64,000 nt of DNA, taken from Podarcis melisellensis (taxonomy: Eukaryota). The translations under genes and the position numbers were made by a program. Position 1 is the stretch's first letter. The number at the start of each line of letters is the position of its first letter. Below are positions 1-12,861 of the stretch, in pieces. The stretch lies in assembly GCA_964234715.1 (NCBI GenBank), contig OZ174286.1; one strand, given 5' to 3'. The notes under the pieces were generated by a model. It did not search any database. It had not been told where the DNA came from and saw only the letters and a program-made list of their open reading frames with translations.

Positions 1-49
1 TTTCAAACCAATTGCAAAGGTGATTTTAATACAAATTGGGAACCCATAC

Positions 50-250
50 CTTCTTTGCCTGATGTATCCCCGGGATGTTTTTCAGCCCCTGGGGAAGGGA
101 GTGGATCTGTGCCAGTTGGTGCTGATGTGGTTGCTGTATTGTTCCTTTTGTCAGCGTGACCTTCCGCACAGGCTGATGTCTTTGGTCCAGGGGCTGCTGT
201 AGCCGGTGGTGTGGCAGGTCGGAGTGAGAAAAGCCAACGTTCTCACCACC
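50..250 (-). CDS. RBM33: RBM33 exon 16 (201 nt): GGENVGFSHSD...RKVTLTKG...PGIHQAKK
   Basis: ccacag|GGT...AAG AAG|gtatgg; phase 0 to 0; ORF 26..355. Confidence 0.94.
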
Positions 251-564
251 CTGTGGGAAAACAACACCACACTGGTTCAGGATCCACAAAATGCAGCACA
301 CCTTTTCTGCAAAGCTATTACAGCGCTGAGTGTGATTAATCTGCACAGGTACCATACTCTGCTAAAAAGAGAAACTGGCTTGAAATTTTGGGTTATGCCG
401 AGTGGAAATAGAATGATGACATGGGGAGTTGGTAAAAAGCCACCACCGTGCCCCCCCACCCCCCGACATGATGACAGGTTACTAGCTACAATGGAGAGAG
501 TCTATGCAAATGTTCTTATACATGTATAACTGAATCAAAGCCTAATATATGAGAACATCTAAAC

Positions 565-901
565 CAGGGATGTTCAACAGGTCGATCGCGATCTACTGGT
601 AGATCCCCGGGAGGTTTTGGTACTTTGTGGTTGATCACTGGTTCCCTTTCCTCAGTTAAAAATATAATTGTGCCCCGCCCCCTCACCCTCCATTGTTGCC
701 TGAGCTCCAGAACGGAAGACGGAGCTTTTGCAGTGAGGCTGATTGTTTCCTTAGTTATTTTTTGGTGAGTGACTTTTCCCCTTTCCCCCTAAAAAAAAAG
801 CTCAGCAACTTTGACCTGAACACTCCCCCCCAAAGGGTAGATCACTGCAAGTTTTTTATTCTGTGAGTAGATCGCTGTCTCTTAGGAGTTGGCCGTCCCT
901 G
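565..901. mobile_element. Non-autonomous hAT element (MITE)
   Basis: TIRs CAGGGATGTTCAAC / GTTGGCCGTCCCTG; 8-bp TSD atctaaac (557-564) / atctaagc (902-909). Confidence 0.85.
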
Positions 902-2164
902 ATCTAAGCTGTGACTTGCATGGGTAAAACAGAATCACATCCACATGCCAGATTAGTTTGATAACAGTGGGGGCTGCCTACTGCACGCTCCTTGGGCTAT
1001 ATTCCTCTATCTAGGCTTATTGTTGCTTTCTCTGGGTAACACTCGCCAATTTTAGGTTCCAAAATGCAGAAGGGGACATTTAAAATTTAAAAAGGTAGTT
1101 ATGATTAAAGGTACAATGGTGAGGAAAGAAATCATGTTGCATGTATTTATGGTTCACATAATTCACTTGGGAAATTTAGTAAAAATTTTGCTGCTCAATT
1201 AGGTAGATTCTGTAAATGAGAAATCATTATGGCAGAAAATTATATTTATCCCCAAAAATCAAATGAGTATCGGGGTGAAAACCTAGAAGCCCCATTTACA
1301 ATACCAGAAGGCTGAAAATTAATTAATTAAACCATCTGGGCTAGGAAATTTGCCATTTTTATCTGCTGAGTATTATAACTCTACCATTCTGATATATATA
1401 AATATTGATCAGACTGGTTTTTTGCTTTTTTGAGAAACAATAAATTATCTACCATCATACAAAGATCAATCAGTATGAGCTCAAGATAAGAACCTGAAAT
1501 CTATATTGTTATTTCTAAGTGCCAAAAGGGGATTTGATAGACTAGAGTGGTGATATCAGTTAAGAGAGTTTGAATTGTTTTAATCTGGGTAGAAATTTCA
1601 GATACTGTTTCAACTTCTATATCAAAAACTGACAGCACAAGGGCTGCTTATCTCTTGGGTCAACTGTCTACAACAGGAATGGGGAACATTTTTTTGCTCC
1701 ACAGACCAGATCCTTACCAGACTTGCTGCCCAAATCTGCATTGTTATAGGATGATGTTGGTTATGCTATATGTTTTATATTACAAAATGTAAATTTCTTT
1801 ATGTGTTATATATTTCTAAGGTAAGATAAATAATATATGTAATCATAAATTAAATAAGTTCCACCCCCACCCCCCCAAAAAGAAAAAGAAAATATTGCTT
1901 TTAAAAAAGAAATAAAGCAATTTAAGATTAAGTGGGCTGTAATGTTTTTCCTATAAGGAAAGGCTAAAAGCTTTTGTGACTTTTTAGTTTACAAAAGGTG
2001 AGACACGATGGTGGCTTACAAAGCTGCAAATTATGGAGAAAGTGGCTAGAGAATTCCACTCCATTCAAAACAGAAGAATTCAGATGTCCAATAAAACCGA
2101 ATGGCTGTTGATTCAGGTCAGGCAAAATAAAGTCAAACAATACCTAACAGAATTCACTCCTACA

Positions 2165-2370
2165 GGATTAGTGATAACCACTAGCTTTGCTGGCTTTAAA
2201 AGGAGTTTAGGCAAGTTTAAGGGAAATCAATGACTACTAGCCAGGTTCAGGGGCATATTGAGCACCAAATATTGCAGGACACACAGCTGGGGGGGGGGGT
2301 TGTGCTCTGCTTTTGAGACGTCCAGGGGCATCTGAATTGCCACTGGTGGAAGCAGGATGTTGGACTATCC
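2165..2370 (+). mobile_element. Degraded CR1 LINE 3' fragment
   Basis: ggctttaaaaggagtttaggcaagttt...gggcatctgaattgccactggtggaagcaggatgttggacta resembles squamate CR1 3' ends; boundaries approximate. Confidence 0.6.
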
Positions 2371-3285
2371 AAACATCTATTATTTTCTATTGGAAATCTT
2401 TTTTGCCATGGCACTAGATGCTTCACAGAAATCCATCTGTCATCAAGTCCAAGCTAGGTGAATCCACCAAAAGAACTACTTGAGAAGGGTATCATTCTGT
2501 TGCATGTAGATTAAAATATCATTCCAAATTCTGGGAATCAATTAAAACCAGAGTTGTCCTAGAGGGGATGCAAACCTTTCTAATGATGATTGTGATGATG
2601 ATTTATTGAGTTTATATACCGCCCTATACCAGGAGGTCTCAGGGGAGTTCTAAGAGTTATGTTTATGTACATTTAACTCTGCCAAGTAGACTTGAAACTT
2701 CTACTTGGTCTTTCACTTACTTGAGTCTTTTCTAGTATATTAACATGTTTTGTGTAGCCTCTGGCAGCGGCAGTGCCAAGGCTGCATTTACACAGAACCA
2801 GATAGTTCCCATCCTCAACAATTATCTGCCCACAGAGCAAGCCTTAGAACTGAGCCAATAACCAAGTAATACATTAGCACTATTTTGGTAGATTTGCTGA
2901 AAGCCAACTTTCATTTTGAACCAAGACCAGTATTTTCAGATGACCTTTAATATATTCTTATTCTTCATATGCAAAGTGATAAACGAAGAACAGGATTAGG
3001 TGTGAGACAATACAGTTAAAAGGGCAAGCACTCTAGTCACAGTCAATTCTTAAACTGTTGATCTGCAGAATACCAGATCCTACAGATTTAAAATGCAAAC
3101 AAAGAGAAGTCAAGAAATATGCTTTCATCCCATTATTATATAAAACAGTATTGTATCACAAGTAATTTGTGACAAAAACAAAAAAAAACCACGATCCTTG
3201 CCAATTTTCAGTGATGGGTATAAGACATTCCTAAACTAAAGGTATTATACACTGACATATAGCTTAATATTGCACTTATGTGGTA

Positions 3286-3514
3286 CAGTGGTACCTTGGT
3301 TTACAACCATAATCCGTTTCGGAGGTCTGTTTGTAAACCAAAACATGTTGTAACCCAAGGCGCACTTTGGGGCCTCCCAAAAAATTTGTTCGTAAAAAAA
3401 AAAGGGTTGTAATCCAAAAAAAGGTTGCAAACCGGGACAAGCACTTCTGGGTTTGACTTGTTTGTAATCCAAAACGTATGCAAACCAAGACATATGCAAA
3501 CCAAGGTACCACTG
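3286..3514. mobile_element. Tc1/mariner (pogo/Tigger-type) MITE, family A
   Basis: TIR CAGTGGTACCTTGGTTT...AAACCAAGGTACCACTG flanked by TA; inverted copy at 8429-8643. Confidence 0.9.
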
Positions 3515-4096
3515 TATTAACTTTCTATTGTTATTTGCAACTTGGAAGCTACCTTGAAAGTCCAGCTGGATTGTACAAGAAAGAACATAAAAGAATGAGG
3601 TCCAACCATCTCTAGATCAATGGTTTATTTGCAGAAATCTAAACTAATTACCTCCAGAAACTTAAGAGACCACGCATTATTGTAAAAAACATGCATTCTT
3701 TAATAAATAAGACCTTTGAAGGAGTGCCAGAATTTTGTATGCTGTGCACTCTATCACGGATACCCTGACAGTTTCACAATGAAGATGAAGTTTGTTTGCC
3801 ACCAATATTAGCCAGACAAATTTATTTATAACAAATGCTTCGAGGATGTCCTGATAAAAAACTGCCCCATTGATACTGTCAGAGCTTCTTGCAATTTGAC
3901 AGATCAAATCTTATTTTAATTCTTAAAACCCCGCGAATGAGCGATATCACCAGCAAGCATTCTGTAGTGAGCAAATTGATTAATCCCCTTCTATAGAAAT
4001 CTCAACTCTTGATTACACCTATCAGGCGTTAAGCAGCATTATTCCAGAGTGACAACACTTGACAAATTCCCCAACCATCTCTCTCAGCCTTTGTGG

Positions 4097-4268
4097 NNNN
4101 NNNNNNNNNNNNNNNNNNNNNNNNNNNNNNNNNNNNNNNNNNNNNNNNNNNNNNNNNNNNNNNNNNNNNNNNNNNNNNNNNNNNNNNNNNNNNNNNNNNN
4201 NNNNNNNNNNNNNNNNNNNNNNNNNNNNNNNNNNNNNNNNNNNNNNNNNNNNNNNNNNNNNNNNNNNN
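4097..4268. other. Assembly gap (172 N)
   Basis: Run of n. Confidence 1.
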
Positions 4269-4990
4269 CAGACATTTGATACTCCGTACTGAGAGGACAG
4301 ATAACATTGTAAGGATACACAGAAGGACAGTAGTGGAGTGTCCCAGGGCAGCCTCTTATGAATTCTCCTTTCGATAAGGCCATACTTCACTGTCATTGGC
4401 ACTGTTACCGATCTTACAGCCCATAGACCTCACTGCACAGGTTTCTATTAACGACGACAATGCTGTGTTTATCCATGTAATCTTTTCTAAAGCTAATTCA
4501 AAAATCACCCAACAGTGAGGGGGATGTGTTTGCCGGATAAAGCATTTAAAGGAAATAAACTTGGGTCGATTTGTGAAGTGTCACATTGTAGGGACGCAGG
4601 CAGCAAAAAACTGCTCTGCAGACGTATTTTGTGAAGATGAGCGGACAGGAAACCTTGCACCCCAGGACCCTCAAATGCCCGCGTTGAAAGAAAATGTCCT
4701 TTTTCAACAAGAGCCTGTTTATAAACATTTAAAAACGTCAATTTTTCAGCCTTTGTGCTCTATCTCTCTCTTACCGAGGGGTAAAATACTCTAAAATCAA
4801 CTTGTTGAGCGAGTTCATTAGCAACTGTATTTACCAATTGGCAGCTCTATAATGGCAACACTGGCATGAGATGGGGCAGTATGCTGAAGTGGACTTGTCT
4901 TTAGACATTCAGTTAAATGGGGTACGGAAGATGGAATTAAAAACCGAATGGAAGTTCTGGGTAGAAGTGAAGTTGTACGTCCGCCCTCAA

Positions 4991-5076
4991 TAACCCGTTC
5001 CGGTACTTCCGGGTTCGGCACGGTGCGCAACCCGAAAACGCGCAACCTGAAGTGTCTGTAATCTGAGGTATGACTG
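4991..5076. mobile_element. Truncated Tc1/mariner MITE, family B (right end only)
   Basis: taacccgttccggtacttccgggttc...gaggtatgactg+TA matches the right half of 6374-6619. Confidence 0.8.
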
Positions 5077-6373
5077 TAATCATACAGTGAATCAAACTGT
5101 GTCCAATTGTGTCCTTCCACTAACAGGAAGTGCTTTTGTCAGTGAAGGTTTCCATCAGAAGAACAGAGAGGTAAACCATTTCCTTTGATTCCCCCTCTCC
5201 CATGCCACTGTCCATGCTGTTTCAAAGCTCCTCCATTCCCCACAAAAGCCTCTGGAGCAGATTTTTTTGGTGGGGGGCATCAGCAAGTATAATCTTCCTT
5301 CCCATTCTGTTGACAGAAGCCTCCACTGTACCATTGTCTCTTCAATCAGCGGAGGGACACCACCGCAAAGAACTCTAGAAACGGACAACACATACTTATT
5401 TTTACTGCCAGGGCCAGGGGAGGGATTGCAATCTTTATGTAAACCACTTTGACGGGGGGAGGTTGCAATCAGCATATGAATTTTATAAAATAATTAATAA
5501 ACCAAGTTTATATGGGGACATGGTCATGATATCCAATTCCTAAGAGGTCTAAATGCAGAGGGAGACAGGAGCTGTGGCTCCATTCCAGCTTTATCTTCTG
5601 CCTGCAGCTCTCTGTCTCTCTCCTCTCTCCTGCAGCATTCTTCTTCTGTCTGCTTGCCTATGTTGCTTCCTTGTTTTGGAGCCATCTCCTCTGCTGCAAC
5701 CATCGCTGGAAAGGCCACCACCACCAGAGCCAAGCACATATGACTGAACTCACACATGTAAAATGCATGTGTGCTGTGGTCGTACTGTATACATATGGTG
5801 GGTAACAACATTATTTGAATTATATTGACTTTCTGGTTTATTTCTCATGGCAATGCCCCTAAGAACACCTATGGGGAATGCGCTAATAAGACTCATGTAT
5901 TCCATACATTACCTGGGCTCACATACACTCACAATTCTTATTTTCTACAGGATGGCAGAAGCAGTAGAAGATAGAAGCAGGAAAAGATAGAGGGAGTTCT
6001 TTTTCTTTTCTATTTTCTGGTAATGTTCACAATAGCATTCAATTTAAGCATACTACTGGAAATTAATGTTTTGTTGTTGATGTACTTGTGTGCTGTGAGC
6101 AACACCATGCACACAAAGCCCAGTGCTGCTCAGGGCACTTACATGAATGCACAAAGGTGCTATGCAGACTGTTCTACACATGTTACTGGTATTTCCAGCA
6201 CAATCATCCATATTTTTCCTTTCTGAAGAGAATTCATGTTATTTGAAAAACATGCCCTTCAGAGGTTACAGATATACACTGATGAGCTGTGAAAACCACA
6301 AAGATGGTCCTTGCTACAATATGTTATCTTGCCTTAGGAGGACTTTAAATGCTTAGCAACACAAAACACAGTA

Positions 6374-6619
6374 CAGTGGACGCTTGGGTTGTGAATGTAA
6401 TCCGTGCGGGAGGCACGTTCACAACCTGCAGCATCACATCTGCACATGCGCGGGTTGCGATTCGGTGCTTCTCTGCATGTGCAAAGTGCGATTTAGTGTT
6501 TCTGCACATGTGCGACTGCCAAAACCCAGAAGTAACCCGTTCTGGTACTTCTGGGTTTCAGCGCATCCGTAACCCAAAAAAACCACAACCTGAAGCATCT
6601 GTAACCCAAGGTATGACTG
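6374..6619. mobile_element. Tc1/mariner MITE, family B
   Basis: TA-CAGTGGACGCTTGGGTT...AACCCAAGGTATGACTG-TA; related to 38603-38827. Confidence 0.85.
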
Positions 6620-7697
6620 TAATTTATAAAACACAAACATGCATGTGTTAGTGACAAGTGAAATGTTAAGTTAAAATTGACCAAATTCACTAGTTTCTAT
6701 CTAGCAACATAATGGGCAGAATAATGATGACCCAAACCCCTGCAATACCTTGATTGCACAAACAATGGGTGATAAGGTTTGCCTCGTATTTTGCTTGCAC
6801 CCCAAGAATCTGTATATAAAGGAATGGGGAGAGCTAATGAAGTGATGATTTCTTAATACATAACTCAGCATCTTATTTTTATAACTGAAACAATGAACTC
6901 ATAATTCGGTGAACACTGAGAACTATCACTGAGAAATATTCATACCTTCAGAGTCTCAACAACAGTTTACATTTGCCTTGGGAAACGGATTATGTATGTT
7001 GTATGGTAAAAAATAATAAAACTCCAACTGGAACGGTGGTGGTGTTGGGGATATGCACACTACCGACTTCTGTGAGGGCAAAATGAAATGGCTAAGCGCC
7101 TATAGTTCAGAAGTTATGATGACAGACACTTCCTCTTAACTAAAAAAGTTAGCAAATTATACTATGCAGGAAGCAAAAAAAGTACAATTTTAGAATCTGT
7201 TTCTAACCAACTTTGCTGAGATGTAAATGTTTAGCAAAGGCTAGGAAGTCAGCAGTTATATTTGAACACATAATTTAAAGCTGAGGTTGGGTACGGGGTT
7301 GGTTTCCTCCCCAAAAAACATGACAAATCAGTTGTGACTTAAATGCTTGGCATGCAATCACAAATGCATTTCTAAAAAGGATAGCCAGCCTTTCCCATCC
7401 CTGCTCTGCCATCTTTCCCAACCTCTTCTGGTATCCTCTGTGATAGAACGGTTTCTTGTATCTTCATACCAGGCAAGTCTCCTAAGTATTCTGAGGTGTT
7501 TTCCAGCTGGGACCAGGATAGACTCTGCTTCCCTTTCCTGTGATGATGAAACAGCTACTATGCCCTTGGAGTTGCATGAGCTCTCCTCACCTGGCTACTG
7601 AGGTAACTACTCGTAACAAGAAAGACAATTGGGCAGAGACCCTACTGTAGGCTATGCAGCATGAAGGTTAATCCAGCCCAGACAAAAGATGCCAGTA

Positions 7698-7923
7698 CAG
7701 TGGTACCTCGGGTTAAGTACTTAATTCGTTCTGGAAGTCCGTTCTTAGCCTGAAACTGTTCTTAACCTGAAGCACCACTTTAGCTAATGGGGCATCCCGC
7801 TGCCACCGCGCCACTGGAGCACGATTTCTGTTGTCATCCTGAAGCAAAGTTCTTAACCCAAGGTACAATTTCTGGATTAGCAGAGTCTGTAACCTGAAGC
7901 GTCTGTAACCCGAGGTACCACTG
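7698..7923. mobile_element. Tc1/mariner MITE, family C
   Basis: Perfect TIR CAGTGGTACCTCGGGTTA / TAACCCGAGGTACCACTG, TA TSD; copies at 8098 and 44474. Confidence 0.92.
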
Positions 7924-8097
7924 TAATCTATAGCTCTCTAGCCCACAATGCATTTCCCAACACTGAAGTGCCCACCCACTTGATATTTTATTTTATACCA
8001 ATACACACACTCTCAAGTTGTAATTACAGTTTATGGAGATGAAAATACCTGGGGAGGTGGGGGGGAGGGGAAATTGAGATGATGCATGGTTTCAGTA

Positions 8098-8339
8098 CAG
8101 TGGTACCTCGGGTTAAGTACTTAATTCGTTCCGGAGGTCCGTTCTTAACCTGAAACTGTTCTTAACCTGAAGCGCCACTTTAGCTAATGGGGCCTCCTGC
8201 TGCCGCCGCGCCGCCAGAGCACGATTTCTTTTCTCATCCTGAAGCAAAGTTCTTAACCCGAAGTACTATTTCTGGGTTAGCAGAGTCTGTAACCTGAAGC
8301 GTATGTAACCTGAAGCGTATGTAACCCGAGGTACCACTG
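8098..8339. mobile_element. Tc1/mariner MITE, family C (CpG-rich, young)
   Basis: Same TIRs and TA TSD; internal 16-bp repeats tgtaacctgaagcgta. Confidence 0.92.
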
Positions 8340-8428
8340 TATTACCCTTTTCAATGGCCTATCCTAATAATGGGCCACTGTACTTTAAAGAAGCCCTCTC
8401 TCTACTTGTTTCAAGTGTAGCATTACTA

Positions 8429-8643
8429 CAGTGGTACCTAGGTTTGCATACATCTTGGTTTGCATAGGTTTTGCATTACAAACACGTCAAACCTGGAAGT
8501 GCGTGTCCTGGTGTGCAACCTTTTTTTTGGATTACGGAATTTGGGGGGGGGCCATTGGCGAAAGCGCGCCTTGGGTTACAACTTGTTTTGGTTTACAAAC
8601 TGACCTCCGGAAAATATTATGGTTGTAAACCAAGGTACCACTG
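8429..8643. mobile_element. Tc1/mariner MITE, family A (opposite orientation to 3286-3514)
   Basis: TA-CAGTGGTACCTAGGTTT...AAACCAAGGTACCACTG-TA; ORF translations mirror those at 3245-3512. Confidence 0.9.
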
Positions 8644-10752
8644 TACTGTCTCTGAGACGTCGGTCCATTTTATGGAACAAAATTAGTTCTCCTTGCAATT
8701 GCTATTGATTGATCTATACAGTAGTACTACCAGTGTGCCATAATGCTTTACAGACTGCAAAAGGTCAGTTCCCTGCCCTGAGGAGGATACCTTTTAAAAT
8801 TTGACTCAGGAAACAGAGTGGGGGCGGGGAGGGGAGGAAGGGTAATTAGGGAAGCAATGAACACTTTTAGCCACAGGCGGAGTTACAGCAAGGCATGGGA
8901 ATCAAGGGGCTGTGCCAAATGATTCACAGGGCAGGTGGATTTTGAAGAAGGGTTTGGGCACAGGAAACTGCAGGTGTTCTGGAAGGTAATACCAAGCATG
9001 CAGGACAGCAAGGGACAAAAAGAAAGTCTTTTGAGGGAACAGACCTTTGGATGGCACAGCTGGGGGACCAAAGTTCTGGCAGGAATGTATGCGTGGAGAG
9101 GTATGAGTGGGCAAGAGCATGGAAGCCCTCTGAAGTAAACAGCACGGGGCTTGGGTAGGATTGTGCTATCTATACTTACAGTAGTAGGAGCTGAAAAATA
9201 CCTTGAAGTTCTTAAGTAGCACAGTTTCAATTAATGGAAGCAAGGTAGGTCCTGAGTACAATTTGCAAAACACAAAGAGTCTGAATGAAATCACAGCTAA
9301 GCTGTAGTCCTGCCCTCACTAACAGAAATGTGAGCTGTCTCCAATATTGTTGTGGATTTCCATATAGTAGAACCGATGTTATGATCTATGAGATCACAAT
9401 AAAAGGGCTATAAAAGTACACATCATTTAAACATTTTTATTGCATGAGATAAGCAATACAGATGCAAAAAACCAAAAGTATACAAATAATTAAACTTTTT
9501 TGAACAGTTCTCATTTTTAGAGAGCAATGCTTGCTTCCCAACTGAAGCAATTTTTTCTCTCCCTCCCCCCCATTCCCCCACCTCTTCCACTCCTGGTATA
9601 AATGCCATAGCTCATGTAGAGTGGAATGAAGAGTTGTGCTGTTTCAGCCTTTGGAGACACTATGACTACCAACAGTTGCAACAATTACATAAAACAAAGT
9701 AGAGTTTCCATATACGAAAGACCCACTAGTGCAGTTCTCCAGAGAGATTAAGGTGTGTTTCTTGGTCCAGTATAAGACTCAGCATTTTCAGACGACAGAG
9801 GACTAGACATATCACTCTGAGCAAGGGAGGTCAGTCTTTGGCTAAGGAGAAATCACCCAACAACAACATAAGATGGTTGAACAGCAGTTAATGTTAAGCA
9901 TTCTGTAATTCCACAGTAGTCAATGGGTATCATCCAACATGCACACATGAAATTCCATCACCAAAAAGGAATATAGGGACAATAACCACAAACCTGCTTC
10001 ATAAGACCGTCATCACTACTCCGCCATACTAGTTTATACTGTCACAATTAGTACTATAACCTCAAATCTTAGTGCTTGCTATTCCACAGGCTAATGGATT
10101 TATTTATAGAGAAGGAAGTACTAGAAGAACCGCCCATAAGTCAACCATCAGTAGCCTATGATGCATTTTTATTTGATCTCAGGAACAAATACTAGTGTTA
10201 ACATTTAATATATTTTTATGTTTCTATGTGTTACAATTGTACTGGGGAGATCAATGTAAAAATATGCCCTTCAAACCCCCTAACGTCTAGGCACGTCTAG
10301 GCACTGTGATGATAGAAGCTTTCTCTTCCATACACGATCCTTTAAGTTTAAGAAGCAGAGGAAGAAATAATAATTAATAGTGTCAGTCCACCTAATTCAA
10401 GGAATGGGCAAGGAACTTCATAATGGCTGGAGTAATTCCCTGGGATCAGCTCTCACCCCCAAACGTCAAAGCTTCTGCCAGTTAGTGTCTTTCTCTCTTG
10501 CAGTGACCTATTTCTACAAGATCCCCCTTTGCCCATGTGGGGTTCAATTCTGTAGCACAAGCTTGTCACAAGGGCTTCCTTTTGCATGTGTTGTGCTTTA
10601 GTGTCGCTGAAAAAAAATGTTAAGCGGGCACTAGATTTACTATTTTCATGATTTATGAGGATGCATTTATGGGGATTCAGGGGCGAAGCCAGACAGAGAA
10701 TAAAGCTCATCTGCATGTACAAAAGGGATTTCCGTGACAAGGTGATCAAAGA

Positions 10753-10942
10753 GTGTGATGTAGAGGTTGGAGTGTTGGACTAGGACCAGAGACATGCATG
10801 TTCAAATCCCTACTAAGTCATGAAGCTCACCTAAGGCCAGTCACTTTCTCTCTCCCCAGGGATACTGCAAGGATAAAATTGGGGACTGCGGGAAAAAGAA
10901 AGACCAGGCACCCAGAGTCCCTTGGAAGAAAGGTATAATAAA
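10753..10942 (+). mobile_element. Old tRNA-derived SINE (MIR/Squam3-like)
   Basis: tRNA-like head gtgtgatgtagaggttggagtgttggactagg, B-box-like gttcaaatcc, then ggccagtcactttctctct and cccttggaagaaagg plus an A-rich tail. Confidence 0.7.
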
Positions 10943-11410
10943 AATTGCTAATATATAATTGTGTTGTGCTGTCACTTGTGTGTTAATCGTGTGAACCCCT
11001 TTCCTGTCAAGTGCTGCTCCAAAGAAAGATGCCAGTAGTACACATTACAACTACACTAAGTTTAAAGGAAAGGCCAGTATGGCTGAAAGGGGAAAATAGT
11101 CTAAGGACAGAATAACAGCACAATGAAAGCAGCAGGAAGGGGGCAAGCGGATACTGAGCCTAAGGGTGTTTAGTCAAAGAGGGTCTGGAAAGTAGGGGGC
11201 TGAGAGACAGAGGCAAAGGTTTGACAAGACTAGGCTCCGTTAAATACTATTCATTTGAGCCCCATTGCATTTAACTACTTTCATGGGTTTCAGTGGGACT
11301 TGGGCCCAATCCAGAAAGACAGTAGAATGAGATGGGAAAAGTGTCTGACAAGAATTCAGACTGCAGGTGGGGGATATCTATTGTTGAATGTTCCCTCCTA
11401 TTGAAACCCA

Positions 11411-11461
11411 AATATAAATAATATATATATATAAATATAAATAATATAAATAATATATAAA
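11411..11461. repeat. AT-only low-complexity / (TA)n tract
   Basis: About 50 bp with no G or C. Confidence 0.9.
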
Positions 11462-12811
11462 TGCTCAAAAATCATTTAGTACAATGGTGGTGGGGGAATC
11501 CAACAGCACAACCCAGCTCTGAAAAAATATCCACTGCAGACCAGGTACAGAATGCAATTAAAGCTATGATGCAGACAAAGCACTGGTAACTCCCGAGTGA
11601 TGAGGCTGGGCATTTACCCTAGCCCTGAATACTTGCAAAGGGCTCACCAGTCCAAACATACTGCCACTCTCACTTTGCACCCAAGAAGTTCAGAGGTCAT
11701 GAGAGAATTCCTGGGTTGCATACTCTACAACTGCTAGATTGGGGGGGGGGGGGTCCCTACTGAGAAGACCTTACCAAAGAGGCCCCAAAATAATACAGCT
11801 AGCACTGAAGACCAAAAACAGTCCTTAGCAGACAATGCAACAAGCTTGAAAAGGAAGCAGAAAAGCAGTGAGTCATAGCAGCCATTCAGCCAAATAGTAG
11901 CCCAATTCTGAATGGCCATTATCTAAAATCTTCCTCCTTGGCCAAGACTTCCTACTAAAAACCTGTTGCCAGCCCAAAAGGCAAATGACATGATATGAAC
12001 ACTCCTCTGAAGAATGAGTCACAGCAACTAAAGAACATAGTTTCTTATTTATCACATCAACAAGTAGTAGTATGAATGCAAATTTAACACCACAATTTCT
12101 AAAATTCTCTTAAATTTCTGGTTACTCTGGAAACTTCAATGTAAGCCAGACAAAGAGGATGAGACACACAAAGATATTTCTGAGAGAGCTTTTACTACGT
12201 TGATATATGCACCCAAGAAGCAGAGGCAAAGCAGAAGCATTGTTCTGAGCAAACAACAGTGAGTTAGGAGGTTGACTTCCTAGCGTAAACTTAACTCAGT
12301 GTTATCCCACCATATTCTTAGCAAGTGTTGGCAAATCTTGTGTGTCAAAAGTCAATCTGAAAGTGCCCATGTTGTGTCACTGATGTCACGATGTATTAAA
12401 AAAAAATTCCACTGTGAATGACAGCATGAGTTTGCTAAGATTAATTATGCTTTTAAATTTATTTGTGCTCTGCTAAGTCAATATATTATGTATGTTTTAT
12501 GTATACTGACAGCTATGTCCAACCCTATACAAAAAAAACCTACTCAAGGTGGCTTACAATAATTTAGAATTCTTATTATTTTATATGGTAGCATATATGA
12601 GTATTCATTACCTAGACAAAACAAAGTAGTTTGTTAATGATCATACAAGTTTCCATCAAGTTTGTATAAATCTGAAAATGCACAGAACCAACAATTCTGA
12701 GGGAGAGAACATGATGTTGTCTGAAACAACCTATCCAGAAGGAAGGTTTACTGATTTCAGTGGAGCTCACTCCACAGCAAATCTGCAGAACTGGAGCAGA
12801 TGTGCCCAGTG

Positions 12812-12861
12812 TCTTGGTGGTGGGGTAGAATAATGTGGTCTTGGTGGTGGGGTAGAATAAT
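12812..12861. repeat. Tandem duplication, 27-bp period (gtcttggtggtggggtagaataat)
   Basis: Two adjacent copies. Confidence 0.85.

Noticed and set aside
4022-4402. Six ORFs spanning X runs
   Set aside because: Artefacts of the N gap.
5524-5811. Charged 95-aa ORF containing MAPKQ...EEECCRREERDRE
   Set aside because: Arises from a purine-rich low-complexity tract; no recognisable domain or convincing exon boundaries.
8051-8845. G-run tracts able to form G-quadruplexes (8051-8070, 8819-8843)
   Set aside because: Short G-rich tracts are frequent throughout this sequence and nothing points to function.
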